64,000 nucleotides of DNA from Ignavibacteria bacterium (GTDB taxonomy: Bacteria; Bacteroidota; Ignavibacteria; Tepidaquicellales; Tepidaquicellaceae): assembly GCA_028714695.1 (NCBI GenBank), contig JAQTLX010000010.1, forward strand, positions 73,397-137,396. The letters run 5' to 3'. A program made the translations under genes and the position numbers. This document shows, piece by piece, positions 52,905-61,501 of this stretch (within the stretch, counting starts at the first letter, position 1; every line of letters begins with the position of its first letter). The notes below the pieces were generated by a model. That model worked only from the letters and a program-made list of their open reading frames with translations, made no database searches and was not told the origin of the DNA.

Positions 52905-54932
52905 TTACCAGATAAATGCTCTTTCATTTACGCTCCTGAATCTCTTGTCAGCGCTTGTTACTCCGAATGCTTCATAAAATTCGGGTATATTATAAACGAT
53001 GCAGTTGACTCTTGCTTCGGACGGAGAATGCGGATCTTCCTTTAGTCTTTTGAGTGTTTCCTGTTCTCTTGTGTTGCCTCTCCATATTGTTGCGTAATTC
53101 AGGAAAAATCTCTGTATCGGCGTGAACCCTTCAAGTTCCTTTTCAGGAGGATTTTTAGCCCATGCTTTCTTTAGCGCTTCAAGAGAAATATTAACTCCGC
53201 CGAGGTCGCCTATATTTTCACCTAGTGTAAACTTCCCGTCAACATGGAATGTGTCGATGACGAAATAATTATTGTACTGGTCAATCAGTACCTGCGCCTG
53301 TTTATCGAAATTGTTTGCATCCTGTTCCGTCCACCAGTCTGAGAGGTTTCCGTCTTTATCATATTTTCTGCCCTGATCATCGAAACCGTGCGAAATTTCA
53401 TGACCGATTACTACGCCGATTCCGCCGTAATTCACAGCGTCATCACCGTCCGCATAAAAATACGGGGGCTGTAAAATTCCCGCCGGGAAACATATTTCAT
53501 TGTTCGCGGGATTGTAGTAAGCATTCACTGTCTGAGGAGACATTCCCCATTTAGTTTTGTCGGTCGGCTTGCCGATTTCCGCGATATTTTTTTTATAATT
53601 CGCTCTTCTTACATTCATGACATTATCAAAATACGAGTCTTTGCTGATTTCAATTTTCGAATAATCTTCCCATTTATCGGGATAACCGACTTTTACAAAA
53701 ATTTTCTCGAGTTTTTCAAGCGCTTTTACTTTTGTCGGTTCGCTCATCCAGTTCAGATTGCGAATCCTGTCTGCGAGCGCCAGTCTCAGGTTCGCGACGA
53801 GATCCTGAATTCTCTTTTTTGCATTCGGCGGAAAATGTTTTTCAACATATAATTCGCCGAGCGCTTCGCCGAGCGAGCCGTCTACGACATCAAGCACTCT
53901 CTTCCACCTTGGTCTCATTTCCTGCTGTCCTGACATGAACTTTCCGAAGAAATCAAAGTTCGCGTCAACAAAATCCTTGCTTAAAAATGTTGAAGATGAA
54001 TTCAAGACTCTCCATTCAAGATAACTCTTCAGGTCCTCAAGGCTTATACTTTCGAATGTCGGACCAAGGTCAACAAAAAATCTCTTTTGCCCCAGGTCAA
54101 CATCGCCCGGATTTTCAAGTCCGATTTCTTTAAAGTACAATTTCCAGTCGAAACCTTTTGCTGTTTCGAGCATTTCATTGAATGTCATTTTATTATAATT
54201 CAAATCAGGGTCTCTGAGTTCGATGTTCGAAAATGCCGAGCCTGCAAGCCTGGTTTCGAACGCCATTACTGCGTTTGATTTTGCCGTTGCAGCATCATCG
54301 GAATAACCGATTAATTTATAAAGTCTCACCATGAGTTTTAATAATTCGGCTCTGATGGATTTCGACCTTTCATCGTCTTTAAGGTAATAATCTTTGTTTC
54401 CGAAAGTCATACCGCCCTGCCTGAAACCGCCTATTGTCATAGCGCTGTTCTTGTCGTCGGTTGTGGGACCGAAATAGAACAATGGATAAGAACTCATTGT
54501 ATGCATGAACGCGATGTATTTTACGGCATCGGTTTTCGATTTTAAATTCTTTATATCGTTTAGATATTTTTTAATAGGTTCGTAGCCGAGAGAATTTATC
54601 TTGTCTTCATTCATGCCGCTTGCGAAGAAATCACCTATCTTCTGTCTGTTGGTGCCTTTCTTAAGGTTAGGGTCTTTTGAACATTCATCGACAAGTTCTT
54701 TCAACTGTTTGGCATTATTTTCGCGAAGAACGTCAAACGATGTATATCTCGTCATATCCGGCGGGATGGGATTATTTTTCATCCACACACCGTTTGAATA
54801 CTGGAAAAAATCGTCACCCGGCTTTACGCTCAGGTCCATATTGCTTTTATCGAGAATCTGCTGCGCATTCGCAATTGCAGCAAAAACAAGGAAAACGATA
54901 AATGATGCAATAAAAAGTTTTAAATACTTCAT
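52905..54932 (-). CDS. M13-family zinc metallopeptidase (PepO/endothelin-converting-enzyme-like)
   Basis: 675 aa. HExxH in VIGHEISHGFD, second zinc-ligand motif ENIGDLGG, NAYY motif, signal peptide. Confidence 0.93.
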   Translation of the reverse strand: MKYLKLFIASFIVFLVFAAIANAQQILDKSNMDLSVKPGDDFFQYSNGVWMKNNPIPPDMTRYTSFDVLRENNAKQLKELVDECSKDPNLKKGTNRQKIGDFFASGMNEDKINSLGYEPIKKYLNDIKNLKSKTDAVKYIAFMHTMSSYPLFYFGPTTDDKNSAMTIGGFRQGGMTFGNKDYYLKDDERSKSIRAELLKLMVRLYKLIGYSDDAATAKSNAVMAFETRLAGSAFSNIELRDPDLNYNKMTFNEMLETAKGFDWKLYFKEIGLENPGDVDLGQKRFFVDLGPTFESISLEDLKSYLEWRVLNSSSTFLSKDFVDANFDFFGKFMSGQQEMRPRWKRVLDVVDGSLGEALGELYVEKHFPPNAKKRIQDLVANLRLALADRIRNLNWMSEPTKVKALEKLEKIFVKVGYPDKWEDYSKIEISKDSYFDNVMNVRRANYKKNIAEIGKPTDKTKWGMSPQTVNAYYNPANNEICFPAGILQPPYFYADGDDAVNYGGIGVVIGHEISHGFDDQGRKYDKDGNLSDWWTEQDANNFDKQAQVLIDQYNNYFVIDTFHVDGKFTLGENIGDLGGVNISLEALKKAWAKNPPEKELEGFTPIQRFFLNYATIWRGNTREQETLKRLKEDPHSPSEARVNCIVYNIPEFYEAFGVTSADKRFRSVNERAFIW

Positions 54933-55085
54933 AGAATTAATTTTTTAAAAAAAAGTTTTATAAATTGTATTGGATTTGAATATAGTATTATATCGAAAAT
55001 TATAATCCGTACAGCAATTACAATCAGATGTGAGTTTCGTTTTACCCGAAAAAGATTTAACCATGAAAAAATACAAGGAATATAT

Positions 55086-55228
55086 GTTTAAAATCGTACT
55101 AAATTTCAGTTCTAAGATTGCCCTAAATTACCGTTCTAAGTTCGTACTTAATTTTTGTTTTAAGTTCGTACTTAGTTTCCGTTCTAAGTTCGTACTTAAT
55201 TTTTGTTTTAAATCACGCCTAAACAGAT
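55086..55228. repeat. Six tandem 23/24-bp units, three carrying the dyad TAAGT-TCGT-ACTTA
   Basis: Units start at 55086, 55109, 55133, 55157, 55181 and 55205. Units 3 and 5 are identical (gttctaagttcgtacttaattttt) and the outer units are degenerate. The 68-aa ORF 55030-55236 is a translation of this repeat. Confidence 0.9.
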
Positions 55229-55445
55229 GTTTTTGACTAAAAACAAACCCTTTTTTATTATACGAAACAAATAAAAAAAGTTACGTTTTCTTGCCGTGTA
55301 CGTTCTTTTCTTTTTTTTCAAATATCCGCGTTCCATATATCGTGAATCATCGGATATGAATCTGTTTCTTGATTCTAACTCCTAACCCGCCACAGCGGGT
55401 CTTCGATTCGCTCACAAGAATCTTCGAATTCTTGATTCTGCTCTT

Positions 55446-55850
55446 CTAAAATATCAATTTCACGTTCTGTTTCAAATCTTTGCTGAGACTATGAGAAACC
55501 GGACAAGTATCAGCGCAAACTTGCAATATATGTTTTTGTTTATCCGAATAATCATTTTTCGGAAAATAAATATTAACGACAATTTCAGCGACTCTTCTCG
55601 GGTCAGAGCCCATGATTTTTGTTACTTCCGCATTCGTTCCGTCTATTGAAAATCCGTGTGTCCTTGCTGCGATTCCCATGATGGTAATCATGCATAATCC
55701 AAGCGATGTTGCCATCAGGTCGGTTGGAGAGAATGCTTCCCCTTTTCCCTGATTATCTACAGGCGCATCCGTATTAATAACCGTACCGGACTGCAGATGA
55801 ATAGCCTCCATCCTTAAATCCCCGAGATATTTTAATGTTGATGTAATCAT
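55446..55850 (-). CDS. osmC: OsmC/Ohr-family peroxiredoxin-like protein
   Basis: 134 aa. FSPTDLMATSLGLCMI and CADTCPVSHSL hold the two conserved Cys of the OsmC family. Confidence 0.88.
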   Translation of the reverse strand: MITSTLKYLGDLRMEAIHLQSGTVINTDAPVDNQGKGEAFSPTDLMATSLGLCMITIMGIAARTHGFSIDGTNAEVTKIMGSDPRRVAEIVVNIYFPKNDYSDKQKHILQVCADTCPVSHSLSKDLKQNVKLIF

Positions 55851-55969
55851 TTTCAGTAATATTAATTTTTCTTTTTCAAATTACGCATAATCTTTTTGTC
55901 TTAAAATGATAAAGTTTGAATCCGGAATCAGAGCAAGAACTTCCCGCCGCAGATTTATACTAATTTTAT

Positions 55970-56489
55970 AGCAAGAACATTTGACCACAGAGAGCAGATA
56001 GAACTTCTGCCACCCGCCCATTAAAATGGCGGGTAGGCTCCTTATCACGAATTAATTCTAATTTCAAGATCAAGAACTGCTCACCACTAAGTACACTAAG
56101 AACATTTAGAAGAACGAGAACTTTTCCTTATATCCTCGCCACGGCGAGCCTTCGGCTTTCGGGAACGACAAACTAAAAATCTAATGCCCTTGTTTTTAAA
56201 TCTGTGCCCTTGTTTTTAAATCTGTGCCCTCAGTTCTTTTCGCTCTTTCCCGCGAGATATAAGAATTAGTGAAATTCGTGTTAATCCGTGGCAGAATGCT
56301 CTTGCTCTTCTCTGTGTACGGCGCCTGTCCGCCAGCCGAAGGCTCGCCGTGGCGAGAGTAAGGAAATATAAAATGTTCTTGTTCTTCTCCGTGAATCTTC
56401 GTGACTTCTCTGGGGAACTCTGTGAACCTGCTCTTGCTTTTCAGATTGCTCTATGTTCTCTATGCTCTCTGTGGTGAAATGCTCTTGCT
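55970..56489. repeat. 520-bp composite inverted repeat (outer 27-bp and inner 23-bp arms) in the osmC/scpA divergent intergenic region
   Basis: Outer arm agcaagaacatttgaccacagagagca (55970-55996) matches the reverse complement of 56463-56489 at 25/27 positions. Inner arm ctcgccacggcgagccttcggct (56135-56157) matches the reverse complement of 56334-56356 at 23/23. Many CAAGAAC motifs lie in the left arm and GTTCTTG motifs in the right arm. Confidence 0.85.
56186..56230. repeat. 20-bp tandem repeat x2.25 (gcccttgtttttaaatctgt) inside the central segment
   Basis: Two exact copies at 56186-56205 and 56206-56225, plus a partial third. A degenerate copy lies just upstream (aaatctaatgccc). Confidence 0.9.
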
Positions 56490-56560
56490 CTCATAACCAA
56501 GGCGCATTTTGTAATCCATTTAAAATGATTGTATTGTTTCGTATATTTTTCGTTATTCCA

Positions 56561-57421
56561 ATGGATACCGACGAAACGACAAATATTATTAAGGAAGATA
56601 CTCCGAAAAAGGAAGAAAATCCGGAAAAGGAAGAAAATCCGAAGGAAGAGACTCCGAAAAAGGAAGAAACCTCTAAAACGAACGAATATTGGGCAAAACT
56701 CACGGAATATGAGGGTCCGCTCGATATTTTGCTCCATTTCGTAAAGGAAGATGAATTAAATATCTACGATATTCCGATATCAAAAATTACGAGGGATTTT
56801 CTTAATTATCTCAATTATATTCAGGCTCTCGATATAGAACTTGCAGGCGAATTCCTGCTTATGGCGGCTGAATTGATGAAAATTAAGGCGAGGATGCTGA
56901 TTCCTCAGATTTCTGATTCTGAAGCCGACGAAGAAGACCCGAGATTGACGCTCATTCGCAAGTTGCTGGAATATAAAAGGTTTAAAGACGCTGCGGCGGA
57001 ACTTGGAAAGTATGAGGAAGACGCGCGTTTGAGATATTTCAGAAAGTATTTCAAGAAAGACGCTAAGGAATATGAATATGACGTGCTTAACGATGCAGGT
57101 CTTCAAAGTCTGACGATTTTCAATCTGATTAAAGGTTACAAACACGCTCTTACAAGCATAAAGAAAGAGGTTGTTCATCCTATCGAACTGCTTCAGACGA
57201 CTCCTGAAATTCAGAGGGAATTTCTGATAAATTTCTTCATGACAAGAGCGTCAGTCGAGTTCAAGGAATTAATTTCAATGATGGAAGAAAAAATGCTTGT
57301 CATTTGCACGTTTCTTTCAATACTCCAACTTGCTCTGGAGGGATATATACGCATTACGCTTAACGGACGCGACATGAGCGAATTTTCATTATCAAAAATC
57401 ATTAACGAACAACTGAATTGA
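56561..57421 (+). CDS. scpA: Segregation and condensation protein A (kleisin)
   Basis: GPLDILLHFVKEDELNIYDIPISKITRDFLNYL is the ScpA N-terminal signature. I start it at ATG 56561 (MDTDETTN...) because the ORF-track extension to 56453 runs through the repeat element. It has a K/E/P-rich 45-aa N-terminal extension. Confidence 0.88.
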   Translation: MDTDETTNIIKEDTPKKEENPEKEENPKEETPKKEETSKTNEYWAKLTEYEGPLDILLHFVKEDELNIYDIPISKITRDFLNYLNYIQALDIELAGEFLLMAAELMKIKARMLIPQISDSEADEEDPRLTLIRKLLEYKRFKDAAAELGKYEEDARLRYFRKYFKKDAKEYEYDVLNDAGLQSLTIFNLIKGYKHALTSIKKEVVHPIELLQTTPEIQREFLINFFMTRASVEFKELISMMEEKMLVICTFLSILQLALEGYIRITLNGRDMSEFSLSKIINEQLN

Positions 57422-58377
57422 GCAGTGCAGGAATAAAAAATATTATCGAATCATTGATTTTCGCATCGGAAGAAGAAATCACTCTGAAGGAAATAAAGGA
57501 TTTGCTCGATGCTTTTAAAATTTCGGTTTCGGTGAAAGAAGTGGAAGAGTCAATCAACGAACTGAACAGCGATTACGAAAACGGCGGAACTGCTTTTGAA
57601 ATTATAAAAGTTGCGGGAGGATATCAGTTCGCGACGCGCAAAAAATTCGCGCACTTCCTCGGCAAACTAACGGCGGAAACTCAGAAGAAGAAACTTTCAC
57701 AGTCGGCAATAGAAACGCTTTCAATAATCGCGTATAAACAGCCGATTACAAGAACAGAAATCGAATTCGTGCGCGGCGTAAACGTTGACTACATAGTAAA
57801 CTCGCTTCTCGAACGCGACCTTATAACAATTAAAGGCAGAGCGGACGGACCGGGACGCCCTATTTTATACGGCACGACAACCAATTTCCTTAAAGTGCTC
57901 GGATTAAACACGATTGAAGATCTTCCGAAACTTAAGGAAATAAACGAGATTCTCAAAAACGAAAAAATCGACGGCATAACGGAAGCGGATATAGATTTAT
58001 TCAATTCGATGAGCCTGACAGCAGAGTCAACACCGGGAACAAAGAATGAACAGCCGAAACTTTTTGACGAAAATAATGAACTGATTGTTACAGAAGTAAC
58101 GGAAGAAACTGTTGAAGATGAAACGGATGTAACAGATGAAACTGTTGAAGATGAAGCGGTAAAAACTGTTGAAGATGAAACGGAAACGATTTCCGATGAT
58201 ATCGGTGAAAACGAAAACAACCTTGATGAGTTTGAAATAACGGATGATGATGAAGCAGAACAGGAAGAAATAATTGACGAAGAAACGGAAGAAAAAACAG
58301 AACCAACGGATGATATTCCGGACGAAGAATTAAAAAAGAACGATGAAAGAAACGATGGAGACGGAAAAAAAGAATAA
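57418..58377 (+). CDS. scpB: Segregation and condensation protein B with long acidic C-terminal tail
   Basis: 319 aa with a TTG start overlapping the scpA stop. IIESLIFASEEEITLKEI...LSQSAIETLSIIAYKQPITRTEIE..RGV winged-helix pair. The last about 130 aa are D/E/T-rich repeats. Confidence 0.88.
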   Translation: MSSAGIKNIIESLIFASEEEITLKEIKDLLDAFKISVSVKEVEESINELNSDYENGGTAFEIIKVAGGYQFATRKKFAHFLGKLTAETQKKKLSQSAIETLSIIAYKQPITRTEIEFVRGVNVDYIVNSLLERDLITIKGRADGPGRPILYGTTTNFLKVLGLNTIEDLPKLKEINEILKNEKIDGITEADIDLFNSMSLTAESTPGTKNEQPKLFDENNELIVTEVTEETVEDETDVTDETVEDEAVKTVEDETETISDDIGENENNLDEFEITDDDEAEQEEIIDEETEEKTEPTDDIPDEELKKNDERNDGDGKKE

Positions 58378-59095
58378 TTACCCCGAAGAGAGTCTGGTCA
58401 GACTGAATAAATTTCTTGCCAACAATTCGGGTTTCGCCAGAAGAAAACTCGATGAATTTATTACACAAGGCAGAGTTACGGTAAACAGAAAAGTCATTAC
58501 CGAACAGGGAGTTCAGATAAACCCCCTTGTCGACGACATAAGGCTCGACGGCGAAAGAATAAAAGAAAAGACGCGGAAGTATTATATCATGCTCAATAAG
58601 CCGAAAGGCATTATTACATCCACCGATGACGAAAAGAACAGAACAACCGTCCTCGACCTTATCAATATTAAAGACAGGCTCTTCCCTATCGGAAGACTGG
58701 ATTACGAGACGACAGGTCTGCTGCTGCTTACGAACGACGGCGACTTCGCGAACAAACTGATGCATCCGAAACACAAGATAACGAAGACGTACATCGTTAA
58801 ACTTTCGAAACCGCTCGAAGAGAGACATAAAGCAAATCTTATGGCGGGAATAAAACTCGAAGGGAAGAAAACGGCGCCGTGCAAAATAACATTTCCATTC
58901 AAAGACGATTTTGAGACAGTGTCCATTTCAATAATAGAAGGGCGCAACAGGCAGGTGCGCAAGATGTTCGAATATTACGGATACTTTGTACATAAACTCC
59001 ACCGCAGCGGATACGGACATCTCTCACTGGGGAAACTTAATCCGGGCGAATGGACAAAACTGAGCATCGAAGAAGTAAACAAGTTTTTTAAATAA
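58343..59095 (+). CDS. rluB: rRNA pseudouridine synthase, RsuA/RluB family
   Basis: 250 aa. S4 domain (RLNKFLANNSGFARRKLDEFITQGRVTVN) and catalytic motif GRLDYETTGLLLLTNDG. It overlaps the scpB 3' end by 35 nt; an alternative start is ATG 58355. Confidence 0.9.
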   Translation: MKETMETEKKNNYPEESLVRLNKFLANNSGFARRKLDEFITQGRVTVNRKVITEQGVQINPLVDDIRLDGERIKEKTRKYYIMLNKPKGIITSTDDEKNRTTVLDLINIKDRLFPIGRLDYETTGLLLLTNDGDFANKLMHPKHKITKTYIVKLSKPLEERHKANLMAGIKLEGKKTAPCKITFPFKDDFETVSISIIEGRNRQVRKMFEYYGYFVHKLHRSGYGHLSLGKLNPGEWTKLSIEEVNKFFK

Positions 59096-59107
59096 ATAAA
59101 TTTAAAG

Positions 59108-60676
59108 ATGAACGAAGATAACGAACTCATTAAAAGAAGACTCGAAGAACTTGAAGAGATTAAAAAACTCGGAGTGAATCCTTACCCGCACAGGTTTGAT
59201 GTTACTCACAAGGCTGACGAACTGATTAAAAATTTCACCGACCCTAAAGATGAAGCGGAGATTGAACAACGAAAGACTGTCATTGTCTCAATTGCAGGAA
59301 GAATTTCCGCAATAAGAAGAATGGGCAAAGCAACATTCTGTCATATAAAAGACGATACAAGCAGAATGCAGGTGTACGTAAAGAAAGATGAAGTCGGCGA
59401 AACGGCTTACAGCATAGTTAAACTTCTGGATATCGGCGATATTATCGGCGTACAGGGTTTCGTTTTCAGAACGAAGACAGGCGAAGTTTCTTTGCACAGT
59501 ACTAAAATTGAACTACTCACAAAATCTATATTCCCTCTTCCGGTTGTAAAGGAAGAAGTTACCGAATCAGGCGAGAAAATCATTCACGATGCATTTGCCG
59601 ACGTTGAACTGCGTTACAGACAGAGGTATATAGACCTTATAGTAAACGAAAACGTTAAAGGCACTTTCATAAACAGGACAAAGATAATCAGGTCTCTGAG
59701 GAGCACACTTGAGAAACACGGATTCTTTGAAGTAGAAACGCCCACGCTGCAATCGATATACGGAGGCGCAAACGCAAAACCGTTCGTAACGCATCACAAC
59801 GCGCTGGATATTCCGCTTTATCTCAGAATTTCAAACGAACTTTTTCTTAAAAGGCTGATAGTAGGCGGTTTCAACAGAGTTTTTGAATTCGTTAAGGATT
59901 TCAGGAATGAAGGAATCGACAGGACGCACAATCCGGAATTCACTCAGGTGGAATGGTATCAGGCATACGGAGATTACAACGACAGCATGAAATTATTCGA
60001 GGAAGCCGTAGAGCAGGCTTGCATAGCGGTTCACGGAACCACAAAGATAAATTATCAGGGCACGGAACTGGACTTGAAGAGTCCGTGGAAGAGAGTAAAG
60101 ATGGTTGACGCGATAAAAGAAAAAACAGGCATCGATGTTCTCGGCATGAGGAAAGATGAAATAATTCTTTACATGAAACAAAATAACATCGAAATCGACC
60201 CGAAACTCATACACAGCAAGGGGCTTGTAATATCGGCATTATTCGAAGCGATTTGCGAAGAAGACCTGGTACAGCCGACTTTCGTTATCGACCATCCGAT
60301 AGATTCGACGCCGTTGTGCAAACCTTTAAGAGAATACACACCCGGACAACTTGATGAAATGCGAAATGACCCCGAACAGGTAATATTCGTTGAAAGATTC
60401 GAGCCTTATATAAATAAATGGGAAGTCGGCAATGCATACACTGAATTGAACGACCCCATACTACAGAGGAAACTTTTCGAAGAACAGGTTGAAAGAGGCA
60501 GAGGCGGAGAAGAAGAAACGCATCCGATGGACGATGATTTCATACGCGCAATTGAGGTAGGTATGCCTCCAACAACGGGAGTAGGCATGGGAGTCGACAG
60601 GATTGTAATGCTGCTCACAAACTCGGTTAATATCAGAGACGTATTATTGTTCCCTCTGATGAAGCCGATGGCATAA
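59108..60676 (+). CDS. lysS: Lysine--tRNA ligase, class II
   Basis: 522 aa. OB-fold N-domain and class II motifs (FFEVETPTLQ, FRNEGID..HNPEFT, GMGVDRIVMLL). Confidence 0.96.
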   Translation: MNEDNELIKRRLEELEEIKKLGVNPYPHRFDVTHKADELIKNFTDPKDEAEIEQRKTVIVSIAGRISAIRRMGKATFCHIKDDTSRMQVYVKKDEVGETAYSIVKLLDIGDIIGVQGFVFRTKTGEVSLHSTKIELLTKSIFPLPVVKEEVTESGEKIIHDAFADVELRYRQRYIDLIVNENVKGTFINRTKIIRSLRSTLEKHGFFEVETPTLQSIYGGANAKPFVTHHNALDIPLYLRISNELFLKRLIVGGFNRVFEFVKDFRNEGIDRTHNPEFTQVEWYQAYGDYNDSMKLFEEAVEQACIAVHGTTKINYQGTELDLKSPWKRVKMVDAIKEKTGIDVLGMRKDEIILYMKQNNIEIDPKLIHSKGLVISALFEAICEEDLVQPTFVIDHPIDSTPLCKPLREYTPGQLDEMRNDPEQVIFVERFEPYINKWEVGNAYTELNDPILQRKLFEEQVERGRGGEEETHPMDDDFIRAIEVGMPPTTGVGMGVDRIVMLLTNSVNIRDVLLFPLMKPMA

Positions 60677-60694
60677 AATATTAAAACAATAAAA

Positions 60695-61483
60695 ATGAAA
60701 TCGCTATCAAGAAATATTTTTCTGACAGCATTTATTGTTATCTCATTGTATTTTGCTGCAGGATGTAATAAAGATAATCCTGTAAATACAGGTAATTCCG
60801 GATTTATTGATCTTGGAATATTAAGAACGGATGAGAACGGGAATATTCTGGGCGGAGATTCTACAGACTGGTGTTTAAATGGAAATACAGATACTTCAAC
60901 TATTGTACCTTATCTGCATGTTAGCACGGCGTCCGGTAACAACAGAATTGCAAAACTCTCATGGACTACTATTCACGAATACAATTGCTCCGGGTTCGAT
61001 ATCGAAAGGAAATTATCCGGCGATACAGGCTATATTAAAATCGGACATTTACAGGGAAGAGGAACGGCGAACGATAGTATGCAATATAATTTTTCCGATA
61101 CAGTTTTGACACAGGTTTCTGATTATTTATACAGATTGAAAATTTTCAATATTTACGGCAGTTATGGCTATGTAATTCAGGGGTACCCGTTCATATATGA
61201 AGTTCGTTTTACCGCATTCGGACCTGCATACCCAAATCCTACATCCGGTAATTTTAAATTAAAATACACTGTTCCTTTTTCCGATACAGTTTCATTATAT
61301 TTTCTTAATGGGCGGGATACATTTTATTTAGTACAGAATTCGGCATATCTTCCGGGCTCATATGAAATTCAGATTTCAAATACATTCAATTATCATGCAG
61401 TCCAAAAACGATTATATTTGAAGAGCCGTATATTCAGATTTTGCGATACGTGTAAATATTACGGCGACATTCAATTTAATTAA
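60695..61483 (+). CDS. Lipoprotein with Ig-like 'GFDIER' module and degenerate T9SS-like C-terminal domain
   Basis: 262 aa. Lipobox YFAAGC. LSWTTIHEYNCSGFDIERK...YRLKIFNIYG, then AYPNPTSGNFKLKYTVP. The atypical tail ends in CDTCKYYGDIQFN. Confidence 0.7.
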   Translation: MKSLSRNIFLTAFIVISLYFAAGCNKDNPVNTGNSGFIDLGILRTDENGNILGGDSTDWCLNGNTDTSTIVPYLHVSTASGNNRIAKLSWTTIHEYNCSGFDIERKLSGDTGYIKIGHLQGRGTANDSMQYNFSDTVLTQVSDYLYRLKIFNIYGSYGYVIQGYPFIYEVRFTAFGPAYPNPTSGNFKLKYTVPFSDTVSLYFLNGRDTFYLVQNSAYLPGSYEIQISNTFNYHAVQKRLYLKSRIFRFCDTCKYYGDIQFN

Positions 61484-61501
61484 ACATTTAAATTTCAATA
61501 C

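Noticed and set aside
55030-55236. 68-aa ORF (MSFVLPEKDL...FKFVLNFCFK...) as a protein gene.
   Set aside because: Its 8-aa periodic sequence is simply the 24-bp DNA tandem repeat read in one frame. I report it as a repeat. Translation cannot be excluded without data.
55086-56230. Possible degenerate CRISPR array (the 24-bp and 20-bp repeats).
   Set aside because: The repeat units are contiguous with no unique spacers. Units are shorter than typical CRISPR repeats and there are no cas genes in the window.
56288-56306. TGGCAG-AATGCTC-TTGCT inside the central segment of the inverted repeat as a sigma-54 promoter.
   Set aside because: The spacing between GG and the TTGC is two nt too long for the RpoN consensus.
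56441-56737. Minus-strand 98-aa ORF ending ...HHREHREHRAI, and the N-terminal extension of scpA from 56453.
   Set aside because: Both run through the composite inverted-repeat element. The 'HREHRE' and 'FFLFRS' strings come from repeat modules and from the K/E-repeat of scpA read antisense. The canonical ScpA sequence is fully explained from ATG 56561.
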